Assembly (NCBI RefSeq): GCF_009914755.1
Contig: NC_060941.1
DNA: 64,000 nt
DNA from: the human T2T-CHM13v2.0 reference genome, Homo sapiens
Reading direction: 5' to 3' (one strand)
The notes under the pieces: model-generated
Database searches by the model: none
What the model was told of the DNA's origin: nothing
What the model saw: only the letters and a program-made list of their open reading frames with translations
Made by a program: the position numbers and the translations under genes
In this document: one piece after another, positions 1 through 14,827 of the stretch
Position numbering within the stretch: position 1 is the first letter of the stretch
Layout of the letters: every line of letters starts with the position of its first letter

Positions 1-154
1 GATGTCACGAGACTTATTCACTATCATGAGAACAGCACAGGAAAGACCTGCCTCCATGATTCAGTCATCTCCCACCAGGTCCTTCCCACAATACATGGGA
101 ATTATGGTAACTATAAGATAAGATTTGGGTGGGGACACAGAGCCAAACCATATC
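1..154 (-). mobile_element. THE1 (THE1A-like) MaLR LTR, cut by the window edge
   Basis: Ends ...GGGGACACAGAGCCAAACCATATC, the reverse complement of the THE1 start TGATATGGTTTGGCTCTGTGTCCCC. Confidence 0.85.
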
Positions 155-233
155 GGGAATCTTTTATTGGGCTTCAGCAGGTGGTTTCTTTCAGCAACTA
201 GTTTCTAGAATAGTTGGTGCAGGATGCTTCTTA

Positions 234-308
234 GAAGAGGGAGAAAGTATTCCTGTGCATTAGTATCTAGGGAAGAAGGAGAAACTATTCCTGTGCATTA
301 GTATCTAG
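234..308. repeat. 38-bp tandem duplication (2 copies)
   Basis: GAAGAGGGAGAAAGTATTCCTGTGCATTAGTATCTAG followed by GAAGAAGGAGAAACTATTCCTGTGCATTAGTATCTAG. Confidence 0.9.
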
Positions 309-534
309 TGTGGGAGCAATTTAGATTTTATGAATAAGGGCAAGGGAGAAGAGCTAGAGGCTAAGGCCAAGTGCAAGAGGGGTCAGGGAGGGTTGTTGTG
401 GGACACACATGAGGGCCATTGTGAGAAATGCTCAGTCACACTATGTCCTAGTAATCTATTATGCAGTATTCATGTTAGAAACCTTTATAATAAAGCCATC
501 TAATAGTACTGTATCTTTTTTTTCCCATTATCAC

Positions 535-1223
535 TGTTACCACTGGCAAATCCATACAGATCTGTAGCAACCTCAACTCTTGCTTCCTCAGAATAGAGAA
601 TTCAACTGAGGGGCATAAGGCAGAGGAGAGACTGAGGCAAGTTTTAGAACAGGAGTGAAAGTTTATTAAAAAGCTTTAGAGCAGGAATGAAAGGAGATAA
701 AGTACACTCAGAAGAGGGCCACATGGGTGACTTGAGAGATCAAGTGCACTGTTTGACATTTGACTTTGGGTTTTACGCATTTGCATACTCCCAGTATCCT
801 GTGTCCATGATTCTTCCCTTGGTGTGGGCTGTCTGCATGTGCAGTGGCCTGCCAGCACCTGGGAGGGGAGTATGCACAGTGTGTTTTCTGGAATTGTACG
901 CATGCTCACTTGAGGCATTCTTCCCTTACTGGTCGAATGTCCCTAGAAGGTTATATACCAGTTAAACTTCACCATTTTGCTTCTTAATCTCATGCTTGAG
1001 CCCACTGGCTCAACTCCTGAGATCTTCCCTGGAAGCTACTGATCACCAGCTTTGATTTTTCTATCTACTGGGAGACTGCTTTTCCCTGGATCTGGCTGCA
1101 ACAAATTAGTATTTTAGAGAGACAGTTAACAACCACCTGACGGCATCTGACATTCCTGGTATGTGTGTGGTGTGGGAGCTCTCTCCTGCTCTGCTAATGT
1201 CTGACTAGCTACCTACTGTAACA
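535..1223 (-). mobile_element. ERV1 solo LTR, MER50/MER50B-like
   Basis: TG...CA termini; the right end CTGACTAGCTACCTACTGTAACA is the reverse complement of the MER50-type start; TTTATT (minus-strand polyA signal) near 662. Confidence 0.75.
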
Positions 1224-1529
1224 TCTGTAATATCACTGTAGCATAATTATTGCGCCTACTTAAATACTATATAAAAAGTTAATCTATTGATAATATATGA
1301 CAGGTTAATGGAATTAATTCAGATGCAGTTGATCAGATCCATGATGCAGAAATATGTCATTAAATATTATCAAATCCTGCTAAGAATGTGGAATATTCAA
1401 TCAACTATTTTTCCCAAGGCAATTAAATAACAACAATAAAAGCCTTCCTAAAATGCATGATGGCCTTGGGACAGAAACATTACCTTGTGTTAGACTTATA
1501 ATAATATTATTAACTAGGTATCAAATTTC

Positions 1530-1635
1530 TTGAGTATAGAGATAGGAAAACTGAAACTTTGAGATTTTAAGTAACTGAGATCACATAATCAACAGAATGA
1601 AAAATTTGAACTTGGGCCAGTCTTGAACCCTGTTA
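1530..1635 (-). mobile_element. MIR fragment
   Basis: GATAGGAAAACTGAAACTTTGAGATTTTAAGTAACT...TCACA resembles the MIR core. Confidence 0.5.
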
Positions 1636-1707
1636 TATTTTTAACTATTAAGTTCAGAGGGTTAAGTCTTCATTGTTCACCACAGTGATTTAAAACTACT
1701 TGAAGAT

Positions 1708-2213
1708 TAATGGGGCCTAGGACATGCTACTCCAAAATATGGCACCTTGACATTTGAGAAAACAACAGGAACAGGAAGGCCATCTCCCCTTCCCCTTGCC
1801 ATTCTCCACTGAAGCAGGTCATAAGAGCCTCATTCCAGGGGTACTCTCTCTACACCTGGATGAAAGAAATTTCTCTCTTAAGACATAGAGACACAGAGAA
1901 GAATCTGAATAAAAAGGCCTTACTAAATCTCTCCCTACCACCCCCAGTTTATTACCATTAGATCATGTCGTTTTCTCCTCCAATCATATTTCACTCTTCA
2001 TCAAACCTAAGCATAAAAATACTTATACAAATTTATCTATTTTGGGGAGATCTTCATTTCCTTATGAAGTTTCCCACATCATTAAAAAATAAATAAAATT
2101 TATTCTATTAAATAAATGTGTATGCTTTTCTTTTGTTAAACTGTCTTTTGTTGTAGAGGTCTCAACCATAAAGCTTGTAATAGGTAAGAAAGAGATTTTT
2201 TTTATCCCCTACA
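1708..2213 (+). mobile_element. ERV1 solo LTR, MER39/MER34 group
   Basis: GGACATGCTACTCCAAAATATGGCACC start and ...CCCCTACA end; AGAT TSD at 1704-1707 and 2214-2217; similar to the LTR at 45456. Confidence 0.65.
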
Positions 2214-3914
2214 AGATCATGTTTGCAAAATTCATGTTCTAGAAAAATGTCATTTTCTAGCAAAATAATTGGCATATATGTAAACAATAGTAACAAATTC
2301 ACAATATGTTTAAAGATGTCTTTAGTAATTTTATTATTTTTTTATGTGTCCCCCCAATACATAAAACCACTTTCCCCAAATGTAACATTCTACATTATGG
2401 AATGATCTGTCCTTGAGAGAAGATTCAAAGGGAGAACCTGCAGTCACTGTTCTTTTTCCCTCCAGGATTAAGAGCCAAACTCTAACATTTCCTTTTGGTT
2501 TGCTAAGAAGAAGGGGAAAAAAAAAACTACCCATGAGAGTACATTGAGACAACACAATTTGCATATCTTAACAGCCTCCCATGGTGCCCTGCAAGCAAAG
2601 AACAGTTGAAGGATATTGAGTTCCTTTTACACAGCATAACCAGCGGAAATTACCACCGATGTTAATTTGAAACAGAATGAGATAGCCAACTGAAGTGCCT
2701 TGAGGAAGTATACAAAGAGGGCCTTCTCTTGTTCACAAGGTGCTGACAGTGTGGGTGAGAGTCCATCCTGTGCAGCTGATGTAAGGAATGGCACATCCTT
2801 AAATCTCAACACCTGGGCAGAGCTTGGGAGATTTTGAAAGAAAGCTAGACAGACGGTTTCTCATAATGACACTGCAAAAAACCCCCAAAGCCATCTGCAG
2901 CTGGCTCACTTAGGAACCAAGTTTAAAGAAAAAAAATCTTTTTTTAGAAAGGCTCATTTATCAATGCCAACAAAGTTAAGCCGCTTAATAAATCCTAAGT
3001 TCCCATTTTGGGTAGATATATTTTTACATTATCACTATTTCCGAGAACTCTGAAGTTATTGGCTGTTGTACATAATGATAGGGTGGATCAACCTGTTTTA
3101 ATCCCAAGTGCAGTCTGAAACGAGAGAAACACCAGTTCAAATGTAAACCAGTTGACCATTCCTTACAGAATTTCATTTTCTATTTGTTTTCACTATTAAA
3201 AATATCATCTCCCTTCAATCCACATGAAGTTCAAAATGGAACACATTAGGAATATTGCAGACAAGCATCTAAGATATACTACCCTTCTGTGACCACAACT
3301 CCACCATCAATCTGCTTGTCTCCCCAAATAATCAGATTCTGTGTATTCATTAAACTGGTGATCAGTGTCTCAAAGATGCTTCGATTAAAATACTGGCTTA
3401 GAGAAACAGGAAAATGTTCTTCCTAAGTAATGAGAGGCATATTGGGGAGGCAGTACAGGAAAGAAAACTTATTACTTTAGAGCAAAATCAATTTTCTCTA
3501 ACCTATGACATATAGCCTCTTAACACATAGGATGTCATGAGGTTAAACAGAATGAACATGATATAATGGCATTGTGTAAGTGTACAATGCAAAGCTATTC
3601 ATTATAAAATAATTTGTTATACTATAGGTTCAGATACACTCTCTTGGAAGCCACCTAAAATCCTTTTTAGAACAAAGTGAGATAAGAATAAATAATGAAT
3701 AGAAAATACTTCCCTCTGGTTGTATCATGAATTCCTAGCCTACATAATTTATGTACATTGGAAGACTACATTTTTTTTTAAAAAAAGAGAACAAAAATAA
3801 AACCTTTGAGTCTCACCCGAGAAGCACTTATCATTTTTTAAGGTTCAGTGATATGCTTGTGGCATGAGTAGTCAATCATACACAAAAGAGCATCTCTAAC
3901 TATTATAGAACATG

Positions 3915-5324
3915 TGTTACCGGAACAGGGTCCTGATCCAGACCCCAAGAGAAGTTTCTCCAATCTCAAGCAAGCAAGAATTTGGGCCGAGTCCATAGAG
4001 TCAAGTGAAAGCAAGTTTATTAAGAAAGTAAAGAAATAAAAGGATGGCTACTCCAAAGACAGAGCAGCGGCATGAGCTGCATGACTAAGTATAGTGTGGT
4101 TGTTTCTTCATTATATGCTAAACAAGGGGTGGGTTATTCATGAGTTTTCTGAGAAAGGGGTGTGGAGTTCCAGGAGCTGAGGACTCCTCTCCTTTTTAGA
4201 CTATATGCGGTAACTTCTGGACGTTGCCATGGCATTTGTAAACTGTCATGATGCTGGCAGGAGTATCTTTTAGCATGCAAATATATTATAATTAGCGTAT
4301 AATGAGTAGCGAGGACAACCAGAGGTTGTTTTTGTTACCATCTTGGTTCTGGTGGGTTTTGGCTGCCTTCTTTATCACACCGTTTTATCAGCGAGGTCTT
4401 TGTGATCTGTATCCTGTGGGACCAGTCCTGTTGACCTCCTATCTTATCCTGTGATAAAGAATGCCTAAATTCCTGGGAACACAGCCCAGTAGGTTTCAGC
4501 CTCATTGTTTAAAATTAATATTTATCTTTATTTCAATAGCTTTTGGAGTACTAGTGGTTTTTGATTACATGGATGAACTGTATAGTGGTGAAGTCTGAGA
4601 TTTTAGTGTACCCATCACCGGAGTGTACATTGTACCCAATATGCAGTTTTTTTATCCCTCACCCCGCTCTTAACCTCTCCCCCACCCTGAAGACCCAAAG
4701 CCCATTATATCACTCTATATGCGTTTGCGTAGCCATAGCTTTGCTCCCACTTATAAGTAAGAATATGTGGTATTTGTTTTTTCATTCTTGCATTTCTTTA
4801 CTTAGAATAATGACCTCCAGTTCTATCCATGTTGCTGCAAAAGACATTATTTACTTCTAAAAATGGACAAATCTAGAGGCATCACATTACCAGACTTCAA
4901 ATTATAAGGCTATAATTACCAAAACAGCATGATACTGATATAAAACTAGACACATAGACCAATGAAACAGAATAAAGAACCCAGAAATAAAGTTGAATAT
5001 TTAAAAGCAACAGATCTTCAAGAAAGCATACAAAACATAAATTGAGGAAAGGATACCCTATTTAATACATGGTGCTGGGAAAACTTCTAGCCACATGTAG
5101 AAGAATGAAACTGGATCCCTATCTCTCATCATATTTAAAAAATCAACCCAAGATGGGTCAAAGACTTAAGTATAAGACCCAATGCCATAAAAATTATAGA
5201 AGATAACCTAGGAAAAACTCTTCTGGACATTGGCCTAGGCAAAGAATTCATGACTAAGACCTTAGACTCATTATACCCAGCCCCTATTCAAGATGAAGTT
5301 ACTTTGGTTCAAATGCCTCTGACA
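3915..5324 (-). mobile_element. MER41 (MER41B-like) solo LTR, split by an L1 insertion at ~4507-5261
   Basis: The right end CCCCTATTCAAGATGAAGTTACTTTGGTTCAAATGCCTCTGACA is the reverse complement of the MER41 start; left end TGTTACCGGAACAGGGTCCTGATCCAGACCCC; flanks CATG/CATA. Confidence 0.85.
4507..5261 (-). mobile_element. L1PB-class insertion with 5' inversion (twin-priming structure)
   Basis: 4507-4855 is the L1 3' end on the minus strand; 4858-5261 is L1 ORF2 on the plus strand; TSD TCAGCCTCATT (4496-4506) / TTAGACTCATT (5262-5272). Confidence 0.8.
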
Positions 5325-5389
5325 CATAAAATCTCAGCCTGAGGGACAATGAAATTCTTCAGAGAAAGGAAACAGTTTAACAAGACCTA

Positions 5390-6046
<657 letters not shown>

Positions 6047-6332
6047 TCACCACTACTCCCTGTGGGAGGCAATATGGTCTCCATTTAAGGTAAACTGCGA
6101 GTGCCCTTTAACAAAGATGGCACCATCAAGGTGGCACATCTTTTAAATAGCAAGGCTCTAGGATTTGACCCCAGATCTAACTAAAAAATTTCAGAATGAT
6201 TTTATTCTACATCAAATATTTGTCCTCAAACATTGAATGATTTCGAGATGTGGAGAATAACGTAAAACCTTGACAAGTAAGGTGGATGCAGTTTGTTGAT
6301 GATATTGCAACAGATGCAAGATTTTTTCATGA

Positions 6333-6673
<341 letters not shown>

Positions 6674-7372
6674 CTTGGTTTTGTTTTTCAAATGCCTAGG
6701 AAACATGCATAAATATTGCTAAATGGATATCTTTTTTAAAAAATTTGTGTAATTCTCCTACAGTATATTTACATTTATTTTTAAAACTGACTTTTAGCAC
6801 TGCTATAAGGGATGTTATGTACTGCGAAAAGGCAATGAGATGGTTGCATAAATCAATAGTACATATTTGTAAGCTACGTTCTGCCTAGTATTTGGTATGC
6901 TTCTGAGGGAAAAAATATCACAATATGAGACATGGTTCTTATTTCAAAATGAGTTTCAGTCTCCTGGTAGTTGAAAGCCAATCTATACAGGAAAACCAGA
7001 AGGCATATTTAATCACACACAATCAAGTGTTTTATTGTTATTATGACTACTATTAGTAAGAGACTTCTGTGAAGAAGAGTATCAAGAAAAGCTTTGAACT
7101 AAAAACAGAAGAGAAAAAAGAATGATAAATATTTAGTATTAAGTCTCTAACATATAAAAAATTTGGTTAATGAATGAATAATTGGGAAAATAATTGAGAC
7201 TAGGGAGCAAAACAAACAAATTATGCAAGTTGTAGCATATGGGGGAACTGTGCATCTGGCTAGAGAAAAATGTTTATTTTGTTCAAATTAGTTCTCGACA
7301 GATAATGGAAGGCTTTGATGTCCAAGCTAACGAACTGAAAATGAAAGTAGTCATTTCTATCTTCTTAAAGTT

Positions 7373-7744
7373 TGATATGGTTTGGCTGTGTCCCTACCCA
7401 AGTCTCATCTTGAATTGTTGTTCCCATAATCCCCATGTGTCATGGGATGGACCCTGTGGGAGGTAATTGAATCATGGGGGTGGTTACCCTCATGCTGTTC
7501 TCAAGATAGTGAGTTATCACGAGATCTGATGATTTTATAAGGGGCTCTTCCTCCTTTTTCTTGGCACTTCTCCTTGCTGCTGCCATGTGAAGAAGGACGT
7601 GTTTGCTTCCCCTTCTGCCATGTTTGTAAGTTTCCTGAGGCCTCCTCAGCCATGCTGAACTGTGAGTCAATCAAACCTCTTTCCTTTGTAAATTACCCAG
7701 GCTCGCGTATGTCTTTATCAGCAGCATGAGTACAGACTAATACC
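7373..7744 (+). mobile_element. THE1 (C/D-like) solo LTR
   Basis: TGATATGGTTTGGCTGTGTCCC start and ...CAGACTAATAC end, ~370 bp. Confidence 0.9.
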
Positions 7745-9699
7745 ATGTTCTTAGAGAACCTTGTCTAATTACAATATTCTATGATCCTGGATGTCATACA
7801 AATCCCTGGTTTTTAAAGTCTGAATAGTTTTCTCCCACAACTTGTTTTAAAGAGTGAGGACATACTGGGCACCTGATTCTGAAAACACCTCATTCATAAT
7901 AACACACTACCTATGTGAGATAAAAATGTAAATGAGCTGACTATGTTTTTTTATTTTGTTCTGTTTTGGTGCTACTAAAAGGCTATTCTTAAAACTGTTT
8001 ATGTACATGAACAAATGTTTAAATTTGGTGAAAGTTCTGCCTGTTCAAAAGTGTTGGAAGAAAACTCCATCTCATCACAAGGGTCACATGTGGAGTAAGG
8101 TTTTGAATTTGGCTGCTCATCTTCCATTACCTGGCTAATGGGAAATTATGTAAGGTCTGGAAGATATTTTGGAAGCCTCTTCTATGTGTGGCCCTGAAAT
8201 ACTTTTGGGGAACTCAACAAATGCCTGTTGAAAGAAGAAAGTAACAACACAAATTAGGGTAAGCAAATTATGTGAATAATTCTTAGGACCTTTGTGTAAT
8301 ATCAAAGTTTAGATTTATCAATTATGGCAAAATTGCTTTGGGGGTGAAACTGAGAAAACAATTAAAAAGGGGAAAAATGTTGCTAGGCTGTGTATTGGAC
8401 AAAATTGTGCTGCCACATCTGTCCAACGGAAACCCAATCTTGGAATTACTGTTGTACATAAAATGAAGACAATAACATTTAATTACTTGGCTAAAAGAAA
8501 ATGCCACAGCATGGGAAAATAAAAGTTCTCAAAATAAGGATCAGATTAAAACTGTGGGCTCTCACCTACTGCTTCAGTGGCTCCTGTGAGCTCCGACAGC
8601 TTTCAAATTGCTTAAATAGTTAGTAAGGTGATTGTAACATTGACCAGTAAATGACATAAATCTAGAATTAATTATAAGGACTTAAGTAAGCAACAAGAAA
8701 GGGGTTCACTGGATCCAGGTTTCTTGTGAAATGTCGGCATTAATGAAATTTTAATCAGTTTGTTTATCTAAGGAAGAATTAATTGCATATCATATTGCAG
8801 AAAATATAGTACTATAGTAAAGTTACCTGACTTTAGACTATTATTTAAGTGAATCACTTGTATCTTAATTTTCTTAGACAATTTATAGTCTTTGGTTTTT
8901 ATCAGGCCTGTGTCCAACTTGTCACGTTGACTGAAATTAAGCAATACTTAATGAGATCTCTCATGGGACCTCTCTCATATTTTACAGAACTGCCCATCTT
9001 TCTCATCTCCACACCTCCTGAAATGTCATTCTTCCATCTAATTTGGAGTAAGTTGTTATTTATGGATTGTTTTAAATTTATGAAGTGGTGAGGGGTGTTA
9101 TAGTTAGCTGGATGTCCCTGTGAAGTTCCACAGATCAGTGGTGAAGCCATCCATTTACCAATTGACTTTTAACCTTCTCTAGCTGACAAAATGTGATTTA
9201 TTTTCGTGCAAAGAAAATGAGCTAAATGTTTGACTATAGCCAGGTTTTTTCTTGTAGCCTGAGTATATTGCACCTGAAAATCAGCTATTTCCTCAAAATA
9301 TAACATAGATCAAGGTTAGTGTTTTCCATGAAAGAAACCATAGGACATTAATGGTTACAGGTGGAATATGTATTTTTATTGCACTTTATGTTGGTAATTT
9401 CCAAATCAGTTTCCATCTTGGAATAATTGTTTTATATGCACATTATAACCTACAACAGTACTAAGATTTTCTTCACTACCAAAATTTATTGTCTTCTGGA
9501 GCTTATCCTGAAGCTTAGTATAAGTAGCATTCAAATAGAAATGAGATAGAGTAAAAGAGATTTGCTTCGTGAGAACGGAAGTCTATATATGGGATTAAAA
9601 GTTATATAAATTATTATTTGAGCAAGGATTTATTGAAACCTCCAAACTCACTTACCATTGTACCAATATTGTTTTATTAAGAATCCAAGATTGTACAAT

Positions 9700-9885
9700 G
9701 TTAGCATATTTGAATGCTTAATGGATCCTGGGCACTGTTGTAAATGCTTTATGTGGCTTATTTCCTATTTAGTCCTTTTGACAACTTTATGAGATAGGTG
9801 CAATTACTATGCAAATTATAAAGAGGGATAAACTGAGGCCTTAAGAGTCAAAAACAGTCTGGAGGTACGACCACTAGGAAGTAGC
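9700..9885 (-). mobile_element. MIR
   Basis: GGCACTGTTGTAAATGCTTT...AACTTTATGAGATAGG...AAACTGAGGC. Confidence 0.65.
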
Positions 9886-9889
9886 ATGC

Positions 9890-10458
9890 TGTATGAATAA
9901 TTTTTTTTTTTCAATACTTTGCTTTGACATGCTGGAGCCTTGCAGACCCAGGGAGGGACTGCACCTTAGAGGGCTAGCTTAGCTAGTAACTAGAGATAGC
10001 AAACAACTTGCTTGTGTGCACACCTTTGATATGCAAACAAACCAATCCAGAGTCTATAATTTAACCACCTCCTTTATCAAACTTTCACACACTAAGTCAA
10101 CATTCCCTCTGACATAAATTACCCCAGAGGCAGGTGCTGGACAACTAGTGACCACTCCCATAGCCCATGGCCTGCCAAAATTATTCAAACTCTCCAATCC
10201 TAAGCCTGCTCAACTGCTTCGCCTGCCTCAGCCTTCCTTTCTGTGGAAATCACAATAAAGGCTCGGGCCCATGCTTTCCCCCTACTCCTTCTGCCTCCTG
10301 ACTGACCCTGGGGCTTCGCCATATAGCTGCACATGGTATGGAGTGTCCCTTCTTGTGAGAACTATGAGAAACAAAGTATATTTTTAATGGCAACTGTCTC
10401 CTGATCTGTTGGCCTCTCCATACCTGAATTAAAACAAAAAGTCTAAGTACACTTTACA
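9890..10458 (+). mobile_element. ERVL solo LTR, MER74/MER73 group
   Basis: GCTTTGACATGCTGGAGCCTTGCAGACCC...TAGAGATAGCAAAC...ATATGCAAACAAACCAATCCAGAG; AATAAA near 10254; TG...CA termini. Confidence 0.65.
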
Positions 10459-10497
10459 AAATGTACCCGGAGTTGAGCCAAGGCCCGTTGGCTGCAC

Positions 10498-10807
10498 ATC
10501 CCCTTCCTCTTTTTAACCCCAAGGATATTCTTCTTCCTCCCTTCCTTCTTCCATCTTCCCTCTCCATCTTCTCTTCTTCTCCTCTTCTTTATTTTTTTCT
10601 TTTCTTCTTATTCTTTCTTCCTCTTTTCTTGTCTTCTTCCTTCTCATCCTCCTATTCCTCTTCTTCCTTTTCCTTCTCTTCTTTCTCTCCTTCTCCTTCT
10701 TCTCCTTATTTTCCTTCTCCTTCTCCTCCTTCTCTTCTTTTTCTCCTTCCTTCTCCTCCTCCACCTTCTTCTCCTTCTCCTCCTTCTCCTTCTTCTTTTC
10801 TTCTTCC
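10498..10807. repeat. ~310-bp polypyrimidine (CTT/CCT-rich) low-complexity tract
   Basis: Almost only C and T on the + strand. Confidence 0.95.
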
Positions 10808-10814
10808 AATTTGC

Positions 10815-11440
10815 TTTTAATTTAAAAACTGAGATTTACATGAAGTCATAGAAATGCACAAGGAGGTTTTATGCACCCTTCACCCAGCCTCCCCCAAAGT
10901 CTACACCTTGCCTAACTAGAATACAATTTAACAACTAGGAAATTGACAGTGGTACAATCCACAGAACTTATTCTTGTTTTATTAGTTATACAGGCACTTG
11001 TGTGTATGAGTAGCTCCTTGCAATTTTATCATGCATGTAGCTTCTATAACCACTACCACAATCAAGATATTCCACTATGCCAGCATCACAAGCTTTCTTC
11101 CCATTACCCCTATATAGACATGCCTACTTATCTCCATTCTTAATCCTCTGGCCCCAGGAAACAACTGATTTGTTCTTCATATTTACAAAATGTTATTTCA
11201 CAATGTTATATAAATGGAATGATGCAGTATGTATCCTTTCGAGATTGGCTTTTTTTCACCGTTCTCATTTCCTTAAGGTTAATCCAAAGTGTTGCACTCA
11301 TTTCCTTTCATTGTTGAGTAATATTCAATAGTAATAATAATCCATCCATTGAAGGACATCTGGATAGTTTCCAGTTTGGGGGTGTAATAAATAAATCCGC
11401 TATGAACATTTGTGTATAAGTTTCTATATGATACATTGAT
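10815..11440 (-). mobile_element. Old L1M (L1MC/L1MD class) 3' fragment
   Basis: CCCTTCACCCAGCCTCCCCC...TATAAATGGAAT...GAAGGACATCTGGATAGTTTCCAGTTTGG. Confidence 0.7.
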
Positions 11441-11444
11441 ATTC

Positions 11445-11952
11445 GCAAGGAAAACACAACTCCTGTTATCCACACTCTGGTATTGCCCTTTCCCCTTGAA
11501 TTTGGAGATCTCTTTGAATCATATTAGCCAAGGGAAGGCAGCAGCAGTGACCCTGTGCCAGTTTGGAGCCTAAGCCTTAAGAAGCTTCTCTTCTGGCTTT
11601 TTGGAAGTCAACTTTCCTGATAACCCAATCCTGTAAGGAAACCCAAGCTAGCCACACAGAGAGATTTAAGGGAGAAGAACCAAGCAAGCCAGACATAAGT
11701 ATGAACCAAAGCTACTGGGTCACAGACACAGCTGAGTCCCAGGGAACAGTCATTATCAACCTGCTGTTGAAAGTTGAAGCCATCTTTAAAGCATATCCTT
11801 AAGCCATTCCAGGTGATCTCATTGAAGCAAACAAGTTATGTTTGCAAAATAGTGACCAAATAGCAAAATCATGAGTACATAAATAGAATAGTTATCATTT
11901 TAAATCACTAAGTTTGTAGAAGGTTTGTCACACAGCAATACATAATGGGAAT
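11445..11952 (+). mobile_element. MLT1-family MaLR LTR
   Basis: The 3' end TTTTAAATCACTAAGTTTG...GGTTTGTCACACAGCAATACATAA is typical of MLT1. Confidence 0.6.
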
Positions 11953-13794
11953 GGAAATAACACATCCTGGTATATAGTAGGTCCTTGGCACATGCTAGTT
12001 TTTTCATTAATTTGCTAAAATTCCAGGCTCTTATTTTAAATAAATAGTTATTGACTACATGCAATTAAATAGGTAAAGTGCAACGATGTATATTACTTGT
12101 AGCATAAACATATCTGGTACCTGAATAGTCCAGAAATGCTATGGATCAGGAATCACAGGAGCTAAGATCAGTTTATAGCTCTAACACTACCAGGCTTTGA
12201 ACATGACATATCATGGACAATTATTAGAATCAGAAAAAACAACTGCTATAAAATCATTTTATATGTTGTAAAGCACTAAACAAATATAGGGTATTCTGAA
12301 GTGACTTGCCAACAATGTAGTTGTTGGTTGATAAATAAACATTAATACAAATAAAACACATATGCCCATTATATTTAAGGAGCATTGAATTTATACCACC
12401 ACCATAGTGTGTTTACATATTATACAGCAAGTGTTATAATTTCAATAATTTGGGACCTGACAACATCTGATATAGAGGCAGACATGTCTTTTCAGAATTT
12501 GTTTCTAAGCTATTATTGGCTTTCTTTCATCATTTAGCCCAAATTAAGTGTTGGTTAATGTGGTTACATTTTACTGGAGCTACTAAAATAAGGTTACATA
12601 AAGCAGAAGATGGAAATAAAAGTTTACAACAAGCTTCATTCTGCTTTGTTTCTTTGAAGCTCAGTGGAAAGTATGACAGCATTGCACATTCAAGTCTTTG
12701 CATAGTAGTAAGCAAAAAATAATAATAATAATTATAAAGAACATAACAAGCTGGAAGGAAAAAGAAAAACAAGCCAGAACAAATTCTAGCTGTTGATGAT
12801 TTCCTAAGGAGATCCCCCTTCATGGTGCATGAAGAAAAGCATCATAAATTGTGTCCAAAATCATGTTTTCTTTTTGTCTGAAACCTGGAAAATTCAAAAA
12901 GTAAGTTTCTTTGGATTTATGCTGCCATAGATAACCAATTTGTGGCCAATTTTTCTTCTCACCTAATTTTTCAGTTGTTTTGGGATAGGTTACTCTTCAC
13001 ATGTATTTGACGATCCTCCAAGTTGATTAAAAGCAAGACAGAGACAGAGCACAAGTAAAGGCCTTCAGTCTCATTTAGTATAAAATTCATTTCAGAAAAG
13101 CATGGCTACAAAACATAGCTGAATGAAGAAAGACATTAGGAAAATTTTTAAAAAGCTGCCATACATATGCTATTTGGGGAATTTCCCAGTGTTTGGCCCA
13201 TCGCTAGGTCCATTTCTCCTTTATATGCATTCTTCTGCCAAATTACACAGTATAAAATTGCTTTTGTTTGGATCTTGGCCTGCAACTTAAAGTGTCTTTG
13301 AGAAGACTTAAAGCTAGAATTTATTTTTCTAATATATATTGATAGTAAAAATGAGATTGTAGTGGAGGACAAGAGGTTTAAGAAAAATATTTGAATCTGA
13401 ATTAGAAAATTTCAAATTCATTGCTCAGTGGAGAATACTTTAAAAACAGTTCAATTACAAAGCGCTTAATCACCAGTTTATCTATGCTATACCTATATTA
13501 ATCAAGCAATCTTCTAAACATAAATTGCGTCAAATGAGAAAAGCTAAATGGTTAACTAATCAAATATGTTTATAACTTTGACCAAAAGGCTCTGGGTGGC
13601 ATATAATGAGATATGGGAATTAGAGGTGATGGTGATAATTGATTCATTGCCTGAGCTTTCCACCTTTAAAATTTATTTTTGCATACGTAGGCCTTACAAC
13701 TAAATCACAGTTTCGCCATCTTTGTCAGAAAAATAAATGTCTCAAATGACTATATTTTTAAAAAATACAAATAATGGTGAAACTGAGGTGGTGA

Positions 13795-14115
<321 letters not shown>

Positions 14116-14827
14116 AATATTTTACTTACAGATTTACAAATCTAATACATTGTGAATATAAACTTGACTTCGATTTTTTTAAAAAGTTCTTCTAGATTTA
14201 AGATATATATTTAAGAGTAGTCTAGATTGCTCTTGGATCATATGCTCCTTAGATACTAACTACTTGTACACACAATATTACATATAGTATATTGGTACAG
14301 AGAGTTTATGTGAGCACTTGGCAACAAAATAGTCAAAATTTAGATATGTTTATTTAACTTAATGAGACTATTTAGTTGGAAAAAGAAAGCAACTTTTGAA
14401 GAGTAAAAATTGTTTTGGATTAACTATTTAAATACATTTTTAATGAGTTATAATATTTTCACACATGGTTTTTGATCATAAATATTATGGCTAGATAGTC
14501 TGTTCTGTTCCTAAGATTATTTAAAAACTAAAACTAAAACAATCAGATGAGCAAACAAAAAAACTATACACCGGTATTTTCTTCTAATCCTTTTGTATTT
14601 TTACTTTCTACCATTTAAATTATTTAACGTGCAAGTTAACTTTATGTGACTTCAGTTATTTTTTATTCCTATTCTAACCAAATTTCTAATTTTATATTCA
14701 AATAAAACACAATGTTTTTAAGAATTTGAAATACTACTTCTACTACAAACCATATAACTTTATCAAATACCACTTTTGCCACATAACATCTTTTCAGCTC
14801 ATCTTCCGAGCTGAAAAGGCAGCTGAC

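Noticed and set aside
10461-10820. S/P/F-rich and K/E-rich ORFs
   Set aside because: Stop-free readings of a low-complexity CT tract
14790-14818. Perfect 11-bp stem CTTTTCAGCTC/GAGCTGAAAAG with a 7-nt loop
   Set aside because: A stem of this length is plausible by chance in 64 kb, and there is no other support
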